In this document: positions 61,555 through 64,000 of the stretch, one piece after another | How the letters are laid out: the number at the start of each line of letters is the position of its first letter | Position numbering within the stretch: position 1 is the stretch's first letter | NCBI GenBank assembly: GCA_963786955.1 | Contig: CAWBAT010000004.1 | Coordinates: 544,001-608,000 of the forward strand | Source of the DNA: an uncultured Acidimicrobiia bacterium | GTDB taxonomy: Bacteria; Acidobacteriota; Terriglobia; Versatilivoradales; Versatilivoraceae | Direction of reading: 5' to 3' | Length of the DNA: 64,000 nucleotides | Notes under the pieces: model-generated | Told to the model about the DNA's origin: nothing | What the model saw: only the letters and a program-made list of their open reading frames with translations | Databases searched by the model: none | Translations under genes and position numbers: made by a program

Positions 61555-64000
61555 TTACAGCGGACACGACCTCCCCCAAGAAACATCAGGGCCGCACGAT
61601 CTTTCTCAGCGTCGCAGCGCTCGCAGTCCTATTCCTCTGGGAATCATTAACTTGTCGCGAAGATTGGAGCCTGCTGGCAATGTTTGCGGTCGTTCTGGCT
61701 TTTTCCTTTGCCGAATCCAGCGTCATGCTGCCATTTGTTGGCAAACAGCTTCGTTATTATCACCTCATCTATCTCGGCACCTTCTTTTGGATTGGTCCAT
61801 CCAATGCCAATCTAGTCGCAATGGTCGCGTTTAGTTGGTGGCTGTTCCGGACCTATCGAATTTCCAAGATGAAGCTGGTGGAGAAATTGCCTGATGCCCT
61901 TTCAAGCCTGGCTGCCTTGTGGCTGATGGGTAAAGTCTTTATTCTGAATAATTCCTTGAGCGAGATTGCTCGGTATGGTTCCTTACTGCCCATCATTCTG
62001 GTGGTGACGGGTTATTATCTCTGCTATTCCTTGTTTCGGGTTACCGCTGCAAAGATATTCAGAGGGGCCAGTCTTGGCGAGGAATGGAAGAAAGAGTACA
62101 GAGTTCCCAGCCTGGTTTTCTTGTCCGTTTCGGTCGCCGTTGGCTTACTGAATTTCTTTGCCGGAGCCCTGGGAAATCAAATCTACTTACTCTTTGTTCC
62201 TTTCTCCCTGTTTGCCCTTTCTACCTACAAGGTCTATTCTTCCCGTCTCGTTGAAGCCTCGCGCCAACTCAAGGAACATTCCCAGTTACAGATGTCGATT
62301 ATTGAAACCCTGGCGCTGGCCATCGATGCCAAGGATCATTCCACTCACGGACACGCACGAAGAGTCCAGGTTTACGCAGTCGGGATCGCTAAGAGCATGG
62401 GGATCGAGAATAGCGACGATCTGGATGCTCTCAGAGCCGCTGCACTGCTGCACGACATCGGCAAGCTTGCCATACCCGAATATATCCTTTCAAAACCGGG
62501 AAGTTTGACGGATTCCGAATTTGCTAAAATGACGCGTCACGTTGAGATCGGAGCCAACATCCTGGAGCCCATTCACTTCCCTTACCCGGTGGTGCCGATG
62601 ATCCGTTACCATCACGAGCGGGAAAATGGATCGGGGTATCCGTATGGGCTGAAGGGCGACCAGATTCCCATCGGATCCAAAATCCTGGCCGTAGCTGATA
62701 CGTTTGATGCCTTAACCGCCCAGCGAACCTACCGGACACCCCTGACATCCGCGGAAGCCATCGACCTGCTGAAGAACGAATCGGGGATGCACTATGACGC
62801 AAAAGTCGTGGCTGCCTTCCTGCGTGTCTCTAAAGAGCTGATGGAAGAAGTGGCCATGCTTGACATCAGCAAATACGGGAACAACACGCATCTCTCCGAG
62901 ACCTCACCGGACTCCGCCGAGGATCAAAAACTCTTGTTGCGGAAGAAAGGCTTCACGGAAATCGCCTCGACGCATCGCGAGATTTACGCCTTGCACGAGA
63001 TCTTTCAAACCGTAGGGAAGAGCTTGAATTTGGACGACACGCTGCGCATTATCTGTAGCAAGCTGCAGTCGATTGTTCCCTTCACCAGCAGCGTTGTTTA
63101 CTTGAAGAACAAGAAGACCGACATGATCTACCCGGCCATGGTCACGGGAGAATACTCCGAGCAGTTAAGTCAGAACTGGATGGCGTTAGGGGAGGGTCTG
63201 ACGGGTTATTCCATCGCCTTCAACCAGCCTGTCGTCAATAACGACCCAACGAATGATTTCAAGAACCTGGCCTTTATGGAAAAGCCCCATCAACTGACCA
63301 ACGCCATGATTTTTCCGCTCACGGCAAAGAATACGGTCCTGGGAGCGATTGCCCTGTACTCTACCGATCGTGACAACGAACCTTTTACGGAAGATCATTC
63401 CCGGTTAATGGAGACCATCAGCGAGCGGGCTGCCGTCGCCATCCAAAATGCGATTTCGTTCGAATACTTCGAAGAGAATTCGCTGACCGATCCACTCACC
63501 GGGCTACCCAATTCACGCTACATGTTTATGGCATTTGACCAGAACGTTAAGAAAGCCGAACGCGGCAAAGAAAAAATGGCCATTCTCGTCATGGACCTGA
63601 ACCGATTCAAAGAAATTAATGACCAATATGGTCACAAAGTAGGGGACGATGTTCTGGTCAAGGTGAGTGAAGTGCTGCAAAAAGAAATGCGCAAATACGA
63701 CACGTGTATTCGCTACGCGGGTGACGAATTCGTGGCCTTCCTGTATAACGCGGAACGTGAAACTGCTGAGAAGATTGCCAGCCGTATTCGAAAATCGATT
63801 CATTCCTTGCTGCTCAAGGTAAGATCTGGAAAAGAAGTACGACTCGGAATCAGCGTCGGCATCTCAATGTATCCTCACGATGGAACGGACCTCAATCACC
63901 TCTTTACCGTCGCCGATTCGCAGATGTATACCGAGAAATTCGAAGCTAAAGCCGAGTTGGCCAATGCGAATGGCAAAGCGTTAGCAGACTCCATTCAGGT
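61548..64000 (+). CDS. Membrane-bound HD-GYP + GAF + GGDEF protein, 3' end outside window (absent from ORF track)
   Basis: ATG 61548; multi-TM N-terminus; AIDAKD..HGHARRV, LLHDIGK, HHERENGSGYP; GAF; DPLTGL, DLNRFK, RYAGDEF in the same frame (63711). Confidence 0.9.
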   Translation, partial: MLITADTTSPKKHQGRTIFLSVAALAVLFLWESLTCREDWSLLAMFAVVLAFSFAESSVMLPFVGKQLRYYHLIYLGTFFWIGPSNANLVAMVAFSWWLFRTYRISKMKLVEKLPDALSSLAALWLMGKVFILNNSLSEIARYGSLLPIILVVTGYYLCYSLFRVTAAKIFRGASLGEEWKKEYRVPSLVFLSVSVAVGLLNFFAGALGNQIYLLFVPFSLFALSTYKVYSSRLVEASRQLKEHSQLQMSIIETLALAIDAKDHSTHGHARRVQVYAVGIAKSMGIENSDDLDALRAAALLHDIGKLAIPEYILSKPGSLTDSEFAKMTRHVEIGANILEPIHFPYPVVPMIRYHHERENGSGYPYGLKGDQIPIGSKILAVADTFDALTAQRTYRTPLTSAEAIDLLKNESGMHYDAKVVAAFLRVSKELMEEVAMLDISKYGNNTHLSETSPDSAEDQKLLLRKKGFTEIASTHREIYALHEIFQTVGKSLNLDDTLRIICSKLQSIVPFTSSVVYLKNKKTDMIYPAMVTGEYSEQLSQNWMALGEGLTGYSIAFNQPVVNNDPTNDFKNLAFMEKPHQLTNAMIFPLTAKNTVLGAIALYSTDRDNEPFTEDHSRLMETISERAAVAIQNAISFEYFEENSLTDPLTGLPNSRYMFMAFDQNVKKAERGKEKMAILVMDLNRFKEINDQYGHKVGDDVLVKVSEVLQKEMRKYDTCIRYAGDEFVAFLYNAERETAEKIASRIRKSIHSLLLKVRSGKEVRLGISVGISMYPHDGTDLNHLFTVADSQMYTEKFEAKAELANANGKALADSIQ

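Noticed and set aside
61652-63803. Short track ORFs at the window end
   Set aside because: All lie within the long HD-GYP/GGDEF frame starting at 61548.

Overview
Bacterial chromosomal window with mid-range GC. It is most consistent with an Acidobacteriota genome, inferred from the Oar-type TonB-dependent receptor, the TPR+TolB-like propeller protein and the long-insert Rne/Rng. Core genes: lpxD, an rpsA-like gene, ffs-dnaX-ybaB-recR, mreBCD-mrdA-rodA-rne, ppiD, dusB, purD and mtgA. Accessory content: (i) a 5'-truncated radical SAM protein resembling tetraether synthase (Tes/GDGT-MAS); (ii) an amino-/keto-sugar gene set split by a small island carrying integrase and RHS remnants; (iii) a repeat-rich region (19.7-32.4 kb) with many REP-like palindromes, a multiply frameshifted TonB-dependent receptor, a 167-nt internally deleted group II intron inside a REP, and a kinase/OmpR-regulator/beta-propeller module with three promoters sharing 11-bp-periodic boxes; (iv) LysW-pathway-type lysJ/lysK genes; (v) two c-di-GMP enzymes, the last missing from the ORF track because it runs off the window. 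No CRISPR array, tRNA or rRNA was recognised. All family assignments come from motif recognition, not database searches.
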